A stretch of 64,000 nt of DNA from Candidatus Hydrogenedentota bacterium (lineage in GTDB: Bacteria > Hydrogenedentota > Hydrogenedentia > Hydrogenedentales > SLHB01): NCBI GenBank assembly GCA_963674865.2, contig CAXXYE010000006.1, positions 64,001 through 128,000 on the forward strand, given 5' to 3'. Made by a program: the position numbers and the translations under genes. This document shows positions 36,639-45,607 of the stretch, one piece after another. A model generated the notes under the pieces. It was not told where the DNA came from. It saw only the letters and a list, made by a program, of their open reading frames with translations, and made no database searches. The stretch's first letter is position 1. Every line of letters begins with the position of its first letter.

Positions 36639-37634
36639 GTGAAAACAGTTGCAGTAGTTTTTGAGGACGTCAACCAGGTTCGCGTCGGCGAGGTCGAGAT
36701 GCCCCCGCCGCAAGCCGGGCAAGTGACGGTGCGAACGCTCTATTCTACGGTGAGCTGCGGGACGGAAGGCTGGGTGCTCCAGAATGTATTCACCTGGCAA
36801 CCAACGCACTATCCCTGTGTTCCCGGCTATCAGCGTGTAGGAGTGATCGAACAGATTGGGCCCGGCGTCGAGGGATGGGCGATCGGGCAAAAGGTAATGG
36901 CCACGGCCGGCCGTTGGGAAGGCCCCGTGTGCCCGTTGTGGGGCTCCCATGTGGGACTTGCCAACACGCCGGCGAACGAGTTGTACGCACTCTCGGAAGA
37001 TGTAGATGAAGTCGATGCCTCGGCGGCGGTCGTTGCACAAGTCGGATACAACGCCGCGTCGCGCATCACCGGCGCGCCGGGCCAGTGGGTGGCGGTGTTC
37101 GGCGATGGCCTGATCGGGCAGTGCGCGGCGCAGGCGGCTCGGGCGCGCGGCATGCACGCGATCATCGTCGGCCATCGCGCCTCACGTTTACGCCTCGCGG
37201 CAGCCCACAGCGCGGACGCCGTGATCGATAGCCACGAGGAAGACCTTGCGGCCGCGGTGGCGCGGATCACGGGATCTCGTCAGGTGGCCGCCGTGATCGA
37301 TACCGTCCAGGGCACGAAGGTCCAGGCGCAGTACGTCGACCTCCTTGCCAATGGCTCGGGGCAAATCGTCTACTCCGGCTTTTCGTCGACGGAAACGTGG
37401 GCCGATATGGCGGACCTCCAGAAACGCGAATTGACGGCGCATTTTGTGTCCGGCTGGACTCGACCGAGGATGCAGGCGACGCTCGACTTGATGGCCGAGG
37501 GTAAGATGCGGGTAAGGCCGCTGGTTACTCACTTGGTCTCCTACCGCCGCGCGGCGGACATGTGGCAGGCCATCCTGAGCAAACAGGCGGATCTCTTGGG
37601 CGTAACCTTTGAATGGCAAGGGGATGAAGCATGA
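36639..37634 (+). CDS. Medium-chain (MDR) dehydrogenase
   Basis: VSCGTE, PGYQ..GV, VFGDGLIG. Confidence 0.85.
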   Translation: MKTVAVVFEDVNQVRVGEVEMPPPQAGQVTVRTLYSTVSCGTEGWVLQNVFTWQPTHYPCVPGYQRVGVIEQIGPGVEGWAIGQKVMATAGRWEGPVCPLWGSHVGLANTPANELYALSEDVDEVDASAAVVAQVGYNAASRITGAPGQWVAVFGDGLIGQCAAQAARARGMHAIIVGHRASRLRLAAAHSADAVIDSHEEDLAAAVARITGSRQVAAVIDTVQGTKVQAQYVDLLANGSGQIVYSGFSSTETWADMADLQKRELTAHFVSGWTRPRMQATLDLMAEGKMRVRPLVTHLVSYRRAADMWQAILSKQADLLGVTFEWQGDEA

Positions 37635-38542
37635 AGATTCTGATCACGGGCGCGTTTGGAATGATCGGCCGGGAACTGATGGCCGCACTCGAAGGCACGC
37701 ATGAGCTGCGGCTGCTGGACACCGTCAAACCTGAAGAGGCCACTATGTTCGTTCCGGACAAACCGGAGCGGCAGCCCGCCGCCGTCAGCACGTCATGGCC
37801 TTGTCTCCAGGGCGATATCACCGATGTAGCCGCGATGCGCGACGCCGTCCGAGGCATGGAGGCCGTCATTCACATGGCCGCTTCGGTGACGGGCCTGCCT
37901 CAGTTCGGCTGCGAAACTTTCCGCGTCAATGCTTGCGGCACCTACAACCTTCTGGACGCTTGCCGGCTGGCGGGTGTCCGCCGCTTCCTGTGCGCGTCCA
38001 GTATCAATGCCTATGGGACATTCTATTGGCGGTTGAGCGGCAAACCATCGCCTTACGAGAAACTGCCCATCGACGAGTCCTTCCGGCCGGTTCCGGAAGA
38101 TGCGTACAGCCTGAGCAAGTACGTGAATGAAGAGACGTGCGCGGCTTTCACGCGGGCGTATGGCATCACGACGGCGGCGTTCCGCTTCGCGGGCGTATGG
38201 AGTGACGCGCAGTACCGACGCCAGTTGGCGGAAGGGCTCAAGCCTACCGCCGCGTGGGAAGACGAACTGTACCAATGGGTTCACGTGGGCGATATCGTGC
38301 GCGGCCTGCGGCAGGCGCTCGAGGCGCCGAGCCTTCCCGAGACGGGCGTTTACACCCTTTGCGCCGCCGACACACGCTGCCCGGAGCCTACCATGGAGGT
38401 CCTCGAACGCTTCCGGCCGGACTTGGCCGAGCAGCTGGACGCACCCCTGCCGGGCCGTGCCTCGCTCCTTTCCATCGAGCGCGCACGGCAGACATTCGGC
38501 TACGAACCACAATACGGCCTCGATGAGGCTGTGAAGAAGTAG
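37631..38542 (+). CDS. NAD-dependent epimerase/dehydratase
   Basis: ITGAFGMIG, ASS, YSLSK; ATGA overlap with the MDR gene. Confidence 0.88.
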   Translation: MKILITGAFGMIGRELMAALEGTHELRLLDTVKPEEATMFVPDKPERQPAAVSTSWPCLQGDITDVAAMRDAVRGMEAVIHMAASVTGLPQFGCETFRVNACGTYNLLDACRLAGVRRFLCASSINAYGTFYWRLSGKPSPYEKLPIDESFRPVPEDAYSLSKYVNEETCAAFTRAYGITTAAFRFAGVWSDAQYRRQLAEGLKPTAAWEDELYQWVHVGDIVRGLRQALEAPSLPETGVYTLCAADTRCPEPTMEVLERFRPDLAEQLDAPLPGRASLLSIERARQTFGYEPQYGLDEAVKK

Positions 38543-38612
38543 CCGGGCCTATGGAAATTCCTCGCGGAGGGCACTTGTTCCCAAGAAGTGAAGGTTGAAA
38601 GGAGATTTCATC

Positions 38613-39188
38613 ATGGCACTTACGCCGTCTACGATGTTGCCTCTGGGAACGCCTGCACCGAATTTCTCCCTGCCCGACACATCGGGCAAGACGGTTTCGC
38701 GGGATGATTTCACGCAGGCCAAAGGCCTGCTGGTTATCTTCATGTGCAACCACTGCCCGTACGTGAAGCATGTGCGCGAGGAGATTGCGCGTCTCGGCAA
38801 GGAATACGAGGACAAAGGGATCGCGGTGGCCGGGATCAACGCCAACGATGTTGGCACCTATCCTGACGACAGTCCCGAGAACATGGCCAAGGAAGCGGCC
38901 GCGGTAGGCTATACATTCCCGTACCTCTACGACGAGACGCAGGAGATCGCCAAGGCCTACCGCGCGGCCTGTACGCCCGATTTCTTCCTGTTCGACGGCG
39001 AGCGGAAACTGGTGTATCGCGGCCAACTCGACGACAGCCGCCCGGGGAACGATGTCCCTATAACCGGCAAGGATCTGCGCGCAGCGTTGGATCTTGTCCT
39101 AGCCGGCCAACCTGTGCCGGAGGATCAGAAGCCAAGCCTGGGCTGCAACATAAAGTGGAAGCAGAACAACGCGCCGGACTACTCGTAG
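38613..39188 (+). CDS. Thioredoxin-fold AhpC/TSA family protein
   Basis: FMCNHCPYV, AACTPDFF, YRGQLD, PSLGCNIKW. Confidence 0.93.
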   Translation: MALTPSTMLPLGTPAPNFSLPDTSGKTVSRDDFTQAKGLLVIFMCNHCPYVKHVREEIARLGKEYEDKGIAVAGINANDVGTYPDDSPENMAKEAAAVGYTFPYLYDETQEIAKAYRAACTPDFFLFDGERKLVYRGQLDDSRPGNDVPITGKDLRAALDLVLAGQPVPEDQKPSLGCNIKWKQNNAPDYS

Positions 39189-39203
39189 CGAGCCTCAGGG
39201 CGG

Positions 39204-39992
39204 CTAGAATTCCGCGTCGAAAGTCAGTCCAGCCGCCTGGAAACCCGAGCGCAATTGCTTGAAGTACTGCGCAATCCCGACGACATCGGCGCCGCACGCG
39301 AGGAAGCGTGCGCCTTTTGCGATTAGCTCCGGCGCCTTGTCGGGCGAACAGGGAAGCCCCCACTGGCGCTTGTGCTTGGCGCACAAGGCGGCGAGCTTGT
39401 CCACCGCGTCGAGCACCTTGGGATGATCCAACTGCCCCGGACTGCCGTAGCTGTGCGACAAGTCGGCCGGGCCGATAAAGAAGGCGTCGATGCCTTCGGT
39501 GGCGACAATGGCCTCCATGTCGTCCACGGCTTCCTTATCCTCGATCTGCACAACAATGAAGCGCTGCTCATTGGCGAACCGGCAGTACTCCTCCGTCGGG
39601 CGGAGGCAGAACGGGCCGTCCGAATTGCCGCTGTCCAAGGCGCGCCGGCCGAGCGGATGAAAGCGCGTCATGCGGACGATGTCGGCGGCCTCCTCCCCGG
39701 ACATGCAGTGGGGGATCATGAGGCCGGTGGCGTCCATTTCGAGAGGCCGTATCAGGTCGGAATACGAGCCTTTCGCAACGCGCACCATCGTATCCATGCC
39801 GTAGATCTTCGCGGTGCGTATCTGGTTATGCACCGTCTGCCAATCCACGGGGCCGTGCTCCATGCATAGCCACACGCAGTGGACGCCCAACGGGCCGTAG
39901 AGTTCGAGCACATTGGGATCGGTGAGGTTGGTCTTCGCGCACCAAACCGGTTCGTTGTTGCGTAGCTTCTTCAGCACAAGGCTTTCATGCAT
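39204..39992 (-). CDS. HpcH/HpaI aldolase family protein
   Basis: MEHG, VRV, QIED, FIGPADLS. Confidence 0.9.
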   Translation of the reverse strand: MHESLVLKKLRNNEPVWCAKTNLTDPNVLELYGPLGVHCVWLCMEHGPVDWQTVHNQIRTAKIYGMDTMVRVAKGSYSDLIRPLEMDATGLMIPHCMSGEEAADIVRMTRFHPLGRRALDSGNSDGPFCLRPTEEYCRFANEQRFIVVQIEDKEAVDDMEAIVATEGIDAFFIGPADLSHSYGSPGQLDHPKVLDAVDKLAALCAKHKRQWGLPCSPDKAPELIAKGARFLACGADVVGIAQYFKQLRSGFQAAGLTFDAEF

Positions 39993-40033
39993 CCCGTATT
40001 ATCCTTCCTGCAACCTAAGTGGTTAAGACACCG

Positions 40034-41008
40034 TCATCGAAAGTGATCAAATCCGCTTTCGGAAAAAGTTTCTCCGCCGACACGCACCCCGCGCCATGCA
40101 TCCGTAAACCTGCCGATAACGGCGGCCCCCAAGCCGATCCGCTCATTGAGTGAGGTCACGACGCCCTCGGCAGCATCGGCCTCGATAGCGAAGGCCAGTT
40201 CGTAATCCTCGCCGCCGCGTAGCATGAGGGCGGACGCGTCCAGGCCGTGCTCGCGGCAGTAGTTCTGAAGGGCCGGCGATGGACGAAGCCGCTCCGGCTC
40301 GATATCGACTCCCAGGCCGCTCTCCTCGGCGAGGTGGCCGCTGTCCTGCGCGAGGCCGTCGCTCACGTCAATCATCGCGTGGACGGCGGAAGAATAGCAT
40401 AGCCATTGGCCCTCCGCCACGCGCGGCCGAGGCCGCGCGTGCGCCGCGATCAACGCCGGGGCCTCGTGGCCGTTCTCAAGGGCGTGGAGTCCCGCCGCCG
40501 ACAAGCCCGGGGGGCCCGTCACGGCCAGCATGTCGCCGGGGCGCGCTCCCTCCCTGAGAAGGCAGCGTTCACCGGATACCTGCCCCACCGTCGTGATATC
40601 GAGCGTGAAAGGCCCCGAGGTACGCGCGGTATCGCCGCCGGCAAGGGCGATGCCATACTCGGCGAAGATTTGGCCGATGCCCCTATAGACATCCTCGACG
40701 AACGCGATCTCTTCGTCCGCCCGGCACGCCAGCGTTACAAGGCAGAACAGCGGCGAGCCGCCCATAGCGGCAATATCGCTGACGCCGGCCGTCGCGGCCC
40801 GCCATCCGATATCCTGAGGGGAAAGCGTTGTCCGCCGGAAATGGCGATCTTCGATCATGACGTCGCAGGTGGCCAGAAGGAGTGTGTCGTTTACGCGGAT
40901 GACGGCGCAGTCATCGCCGATGCCCTTCACGAGCTCCGATGCACCGGGCGCCAGCTTCGAGAGCCGCTCGATGAGGCCGAATTCGCCGAGGCCGCCCACG
41001 ACCTTCAC
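40034..41008 (-). CDS. thiL: Thiamine-monophosphate kinase
   Basis: GEFGLI, GIGDDCA, SDIAAMG, GGDT, IDVSDGL, GGEDYEL. Confidence 0.95.
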   Translation of the reverse strand: MKVVGGLGEFGLIERLSKLAPGASELVKGIGDDCAVIRVNDTLLLATCDVMIEDRHFRRTTLSPQDIGWRAATAGVSDIAAMGGSPLFCLVTLACRADEEIAFVEDVYRGIGQIFAEYGIALAGGDTARTSGPFTLDITTVGQVSGERCLLREGARPGDMLAVTGPPGLSAAGLHALENGHEAPALIAAHARPRPRVAEGQWLCYSSAVHAMIDVSDGLAQDSGHLAEESGLGVDIEPERLRPSPALQNYCREHGLDASALMLRGGEDYELAFAIEADAAEGVVTSLNERIGLGAAVIGRFTDAWRGVRVGGETFSESGFDHFR

Positions 41009-41892
41009 GAGGCATCCCCTCGCTCGAGTTGCCGCCAGGCCCGGCCGAGGGCCTGGACCACGTCCCCCGCGATCATCCCGCGCTCCGTCATAGCCTCCGC
41101 GGCGATATCCCCGGCCAGTCCGTGCAGATAGACGCCCACGAGCGCCGCGTCATAGGCGGACATGCCTTGGGCCAATAGTCCTCCAATCAAACCGGACAGC
41201 ACATCGCCGGTTCCGCCGGTGGCCATACCGGAGTTGCCAGTCGGATTGACGTGCAGCCGCCCGTCGGCGCCCGCCACCACCGTTCGGCGGCCCTTCAACA
41301 CGACGACGCACCGATGCTTGGCGGCGAACGCGGCCGCGACGGATTCCCGATCTCCCTGCACGTCCACCGTGGAGAGTCCCGCGAGCCGGGCCATCTCGCC
41401 CGGATGCGGCGTGACAACCACCTCGGCAGTCGCCTCTTGGAGCACTTCCGGCTTCGCGCTGAGGTTATTCAGACCATCCGCGTCTATCAACATTGGCGCG
41501 GAACAACGCTCGACAAAGCCCGACACAAGATCCGCCGTCTCGGGCGCACGGCCTACGCCGGGCCCGAGCACAACGGCATCCTTGTCCGCCGCGAACTCGA
41601 AGGCTGGCTCGATGGCGGCCCGGGAAAAACTCTCCGTATCCGTCGCGGGGAGGGCGAGACTCATGCATTCGAGCAGTGAGGCCGCGACGACATCGCCCAA
41701 AGGGCGAGGGATGCCCACGGTGACAAGTCCCACCCCGGAGCGGCTCGCGGCCTGCGCGGCCAGTATCGCTGCCCCCGTGAATCCGCGGGAGCCGGCCAAG
41801 ATGAAGACGTGCCCGAACGTGCCCTTGTGCCCGTCGGCGGGCCGCTTCGGGAGCAGCGGAAGCAATAATGCCGGAGTGATCTCGTCTGCCAT
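41005..41892 (-). CDS. nnrD: ADP-dependent NAD(P)HX dehydratase (stand-alone)
   Basis: HKGTFG, GPGVG, IDADGL, TPHPGE, LKG, ATGGTGDVLSG. Confidence 0.93.
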   Translation of the reverse strand: MADEITPALLLPLLPKRPADGHKGTFGHVFILAGSRGFTGAAILAAQAASRSGVGLVTVGIPRPLGDVVAASLLECMSLALPATDTESFSRAAIEPAFEFAADKDAVVLGPGVGRAPETADLVSGFVERCSAPMLIDADGLNNLSAKPEVLQEATAEVVVTPHPGEMARLAGLSTVDVQGDRESVAAAFAAKHRCVVVLKGRRTVVAGADGRLHVNPTGNSGMATGGTGDVLSGLIGGLLAQGMSAYDAALVGVYLHGLAGDIAAEAMTERGMIAGDVVQALGRAWRQLERGDAS

Positions 41893-42097
41893 GAACATCG
41901 CCCTTTTCGGCGATCCTAGTCCCTCGAACACCGCCGTTCAAGCGGCGACACTCCTGAGGCATACAAGCGGCGCGGGTTGCCCGACGACTGGGCGCGCCCT
42001 ATAATCTCGGCGTTGATCGTGTGCAAGACTGGTGTATAGCCGGGAGTCGCCGGCTTCTGGTGGCAGGCGCCGGAGAGTTCGATTCGGGGAGAACATC

Positions 42098-42958
42098 ATG
42101 ATCCTCTTCAAGCGAGCCGGGCTGATCATCCTCTTGGTGGGCGCCGCCGTGTGCGCGCAGCCGGCCCCGACGCCGGGCGGGACACAGGCCGAGGACGCGC
42201 AGGGCCTCGTCCAGGCGGAGATCGTGCTCACGGTTTCCGAGGGCAAGCGCCTCATCGCCAAAGCCGTGCCGGAGATGCCCGTCGTCAAGAACGCCCTCGA
42301 ACATGGGATGGTGATCATCTGCAAAGGCACGACAAACACGTATGTGGCCGAAGAGATCCTCGGCGAGCGGATCCCGCACGGGGCCTACGTCTACGGCAGA
42401 ACCTATCCCGCCGAGGGCGGCAAGCGGCTTGAACGGGCCGAGAGCGTCGGCGAGATCGTCCTCATCAAAGGCAAGCGGCAGGCCGACCTCTCCCTGGCCG
42501 CCGCCGTCGAGCAACTCGAAGCCGGTGACGTCGTTATGAAAGGCGCCAACGCCCTCGACTACGAGCGCCAAATGGCCGGCGTGTTTACCGGCCCGCCCGC
42601 GGGCGGCACATCCGGCACCATCATGCCTTACGTCATAGCGCGCAAGGCGCATCTTGTCATCCCGGTAGGATTGGAGAAACAGGTGGCCGGGCCCGTGTTC
42701 GACTTGGCCAACAAGATGCGCGAACCTGTCGAGAGCCTCACGGAGACGAGGTCCATGTTCCTGTTAACCGGGCACATCGTCACCGAACTCGAAGCGCTCG
42801 ACATCCTGACGGGCGTGACGGCGTTTCAAGCCGGGGCCGGCGGCATCGGCGGCGCCGAGGGATCAATACGCCTCACCTGCCGCGGCACGCGCCAGCAAGT
42901 CCAGAAGGCCCTCGACCTCGTCGCCGACATCCAAGGCGAGCCACCCTTCGTCGAGTAG
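42098..42958 (+). CDS. Secreted conserved hypothetical protein (possibly NagB/RpiA/CoA-transferase-like fold)
   Basis: Signal peptide ending AVCA; LTVSEGKRLIAKA, KGTTN, KGANALD, IPVGLEK, GIGGAEG. Confidence 0.7.
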   Translation: MILFKRAGLIILLVGAAVCAQPAPTPGGTQAEDAQGLVQAEIVLTVSEGKRLIAKAVPEMPVVKNALEHGMVIICKGTTNTYVAEEILGERIPHGAYVYGRTYPAEGGKRLERAESVGEIVLIKGKRQADLSLAAAVEQLEAGDVVMKGANALDYERQMAGVFTGPPAGGTSGTIMPYVIARKAHLVIPVGLEKQVAGPVFDLANKMREPVESLTETRSMFLLTGHIVTELEALDILTGVTAFQAGAGGIGGAEGSIRLTCRGTRQQVQKALDLVADIQGEPPFVE

Positions 42959-42983
42959 CAATAGACGAAAGATAGGGCCGAGA

Positions 42984-43012
42984 TTGAAAACCTAGGATTA
43001 TGTGTGTATACA
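42984..43012 (+). promoter_or_regulatory. Sigma70-type promoter of the three-gene cassette
   Basis: TTGAAA-17-TATACA; palindrome GTGTATACAC (43004-43013) over the -10. Confidence 0.5.
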
Positions 43013-43192
43013 CTGCCCAACACGTGATAGGAGTACTTCGCAAGCGTATTTGCAGAGTATTCGAAGTGACGGATGGCTGGCCCAGGCACAGCGCCGTGGG
43101 GCCACATCTCCGGTTCCAGATCCCTAACTTGCACAGTTTCGCTTTCGTGGATATGCTACCCGTCGGAGTGGGAATCACGAGGAGCGCTTGAT

Positions 43193-43885
43193 GTGGCAGA
43201 CACTCACGTAGGTACCAGATCTAGCCGGCCAGAGTTGGAAGGGGTATCCATTGTGGTGGTAGGCCGCCTCAATCCTGCCATATTCCAGCCGCTTTGGTTT
43301 GCGCGCCATAATCTCGTCCGTGAGGAAGAAGCTCAAGAGGCGAAACTCGAGATTATCCACAGAGAGGTAACCGTCTTCAGTACTGAATGGTTCTCTTTGC
43401 AGGTAACAGATGACAAATACCAGGTCGCAACCCAGGATCCGACAATGTACCGCCCTCTTCGCGATCTAGCTCTCGGGACGTTCAAGATTCTTGAACACAC
43501 GCCTATAACGGCGTTTGGCTTCAATATCAACCAGCACTTCCCGATGGAATCGCAAGACGAATGGCATGCACTCGGCGATCACTACGCGCCCAAAGACTCG
43601 TGGCTCCGTGTACTGAAGAATCCAGGCTTACGCTCTTTGGTCATAGAGGGTACTCGAGAGGACTGCCAGGCGACCCGAATGCAGATAAGGCTTCAACCGT
43701 CCAATAGAGTCCGTTTCGGGGTGTTCGTGCACGTAAATGAACACTACGACATCGCGGGCGAGGAAGATTCCATCCCGACGAATGGCATCCAGTCCTTTCT
43801 GAAGATTGCAGCAAGCTCGTGGGATGGCTTCCTTTCCTACGGCGATAATGTCGCTCAGTGCCTTCTCAGTGAATACGAAAAGTAG
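43193..43885 (+). CDS. Hypothetical protein, TIGR04255-like (cassette gene 1)
   Basis: GTG 43193 after GAGGAG; SIVVVGRLNPAIFQPLWF and ILEHTPITAFGFNIN motifs; family assignment by recall only. Confidence 0.65.
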   Translation: MADTHVGTRSSRPELEGVSIVVVGRLNPAIFQPLWFARHNLVREEEAQEAKLEIIHREVTVFSTEWFSLQVTDDKYQVATQDPTMYRPLRDLALGTFKILEHTPITAFGFNINQHFPMESQDEWHALGDHYAPKDSWLRVLKNPGLRSLVIEGTREDCQATRMQIRLQPSNRVRFGVFVHVNEHYDIAGEEDSIPTNGIQSFLKIAASSWDGFLSYGDNVAQCLLSEYEK

Positions 43886-43897
43886 GGGAGGTAACCA

Positions 43898-44476
43898 ATG
43901 CCGACGGCCACGCTAGAACAGCCTGACGTTGCAGGTTCCGAAGAATTCCGCTTCCTTGAGGCAGATTCACCAGACAATGAGGTCGAAGGAGAGGCCGACA
44001 CGAGACTGCCGAAACCTCGCGCGAAACCGAGCCCTGCGATCGACGAAGATATTCCCGACCTCTCAACAGAACATTTGGGAGACATCGAAGGCGCCATCAG
44101 CCCCCTCATTCGGCGCTCCTATGCGCAAGTGCCGGAGCGCCGCTTCATAGTCCTCCAGCAGTGGGAGGGAGTCGTTACCGAGGTCACCACGAGTTCGGTG
44201 TGGGCAGACCTTTGTGACCTTACAGAGCCGTCGAGCCCTGTGGAGATAGTGGAGTTGCCTCTTGAGGAAATCTCCGAAGCGGACATGGCGATTCTTGCCC
44301 TCGGCAGCGTCTTCTACTGGACCATCGGCTACGAACAGGCCCCAGGGGGACAGAGGCGTCGCGTGTCGGAAGTCCGCGTGCGGCGCACCCCAATGTGGTC
44401 AGGGCAGGTGGTCAATTCACTAAAGGAGAAAGCCCTGGAATTGCTTGAGCGGTTCAAAGGCGATGCCGAGGACTAA
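43898..44476 (+). CDS. Hypothetical protein (cassette gene 2): acidic disordered N-terminus plus beta-rich domain
   Basis: Strong GGAGGT RBS; LQQWEGVV, DLT, GSVFYWTIG, RVSEVRVRR. Confidence 0.75.
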   Translation: MPTATLEQPDVAGSEEFRFLEADSPDNEVEGEADTRLPKPRAKPSPAIDEDIPDLSTEHLGDIEGAISPLIRRSYAQVPERRFIVLQQWEGVVTEVTTSSVWADLCDLTEPSSPVEIVELPLEEISEADMAILALGSVFYWTIGYEQAPGGQRRRVSEVRVRRTPMWSGQVVNSLKEKALELLERFKGDAED

Positions 44477-45569
44477 GCCTCCAGAACACAATGAACTTGA
44501 ACTGTCATTGTTCGGCCCAGGCGTTGGGGAATGCGCGGTTGTGCACCTGGGCGCGGGGAATTGGATGGTGGTTGACTCCTGTCTCGACGCGAACGGCAAA
44601 TCCGTAGCGTTGACTTACTTGGCGTCACTAGAGGTTGATATTGCCACCCAGGTGAAGTTGATCGTGGCCACCCATTGGCACGACGATCATATTCGCGGTA
44701 TTGCTCAACTTCTACGCGAGGCGTCATCAGCAAGATTCGCGTGCTCCGCCGCGCTTCGGCGTGAGGAATTCATGACGCTGGTTGCTGCGGACGAGAACTT
44801 CGTGCTTATCGAGCACAAGTCAGGTATCTCCGAATTCAGCGAGGTCTTGAGAACTCTTCAGGCGCGGCCTGGAGAGGCGCGCACGGGAGGGCCAGATCAT
44901 TGGGCATCTGATGGGATGCGCTTGTTCTACCACACAAATCCCTGCCCGGTGGAGGTCTACGCGCTCAGTCCATCTTCGCAGAGTATTACGGATGCTTTGG
45001 GGGGCATTGCCCGGTTGGTTCCCAGTCGAGGCCAGATCATTCGGAAGTTCCCGTGCATAAGTCCGAATGATGTGGCCGTCGTACTCCTGGTGTCTACAGA
45101 AGCACTTAGCTTTCTCCTTGGATCTGATCTCGAGACGGGACGTCATCCACGGTGCGGATGGAAAGGGGTGGTGAGTTCTTCACGGTTGAGGCCAAGGACT
45201 CTGAGCATGGCCTACAAGGTTGCTCACCACGGATCAGAGAACGCAGATCTGCGCGAGATTTGGACCGATCTGCTGACTGCGAAGCCTTATGCGCTCTTGG
45301 CGCCATTTGCCAAAGGTCCCAGCCCCTTGCCCTCCAAAGACGATGTCTTGCGCATGAAGAGGAGCACCGACAAACTATATTGCACGGCTTGGCCACCGGG
45401 CAAGTCTCCTCCGCGTCGAGATAATGCTGTTGAGCGTACAATGAGGGAAATCCTGCGTTCTCACCGTGCCACTCGGAAAACACCCGGGCAGATCCGCTTG
45501 CGAGGTTCAATGCTAGGCGGCTCTGAGAGTATTTCCGTTGGGCTTTTCGACTATGCCGTCAGACTCTAG
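44463..45569 (+). CDS. ComEC/Rec2-type metallo-beta-lactamase-fold hydrolase, cytoplasmic (cassette gene 3)
   Basis: GPGVGEC, VVDSC, THWHDDHIRG (HxHxDH), ND..VV, LLGSDLE, KVAHHGS; no signal peptide or TM; overlaps gene 2 by 14 nt. Confidence 0.88.
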   Translation: MPRTKPPEHNELELSLFGPGVGECAVVHLGAGNWMVVDSCLDANGKSVALTYLASLEVDIATQVKLIVATHWHDDHIRGIAQLLREASSARFACSAALRREEFMTLVAADENFVLIEHKSGISEFSEVLRTLQARPGEARTGGPDHWASDGMRLFYHTNPCPVEVYALSPSSQSITDALGGIARLVPSRGQIIRKFPCISPNDVAVVLLVSTEALSFLLGSDLETGRHPRCGWKGVVSSSRLRPRTLSMAYKVAHHGSENADLREIWTDLLTAKPYALLAPFAKGPSPLPSKDDVLRMKRSTDKLYCTAWPPGKSPPRRDNAVERTMREILRSHRATRKTPGQIRLRGSMLGGSESISVGLFDYAVRL

Positions 45570-45607
45570 CAGAGGGCAGGGGCCTTCTTAGTCGCCACAC
45601 CTTGGCC

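Noticed and set aside
43073..43192. Upstream ATG start for cassette gene 1
   Set aside because: No RBS; GTG 43193 has GAGGAG at a suitable spacing.
44463..45569. Calling the MBL gene comEC or a beta-lactamase
   Set aside because: It lacks the Competence TM domain and a signal peptide, and its motifs are ComEC-type rather than class B beta-lactamase.
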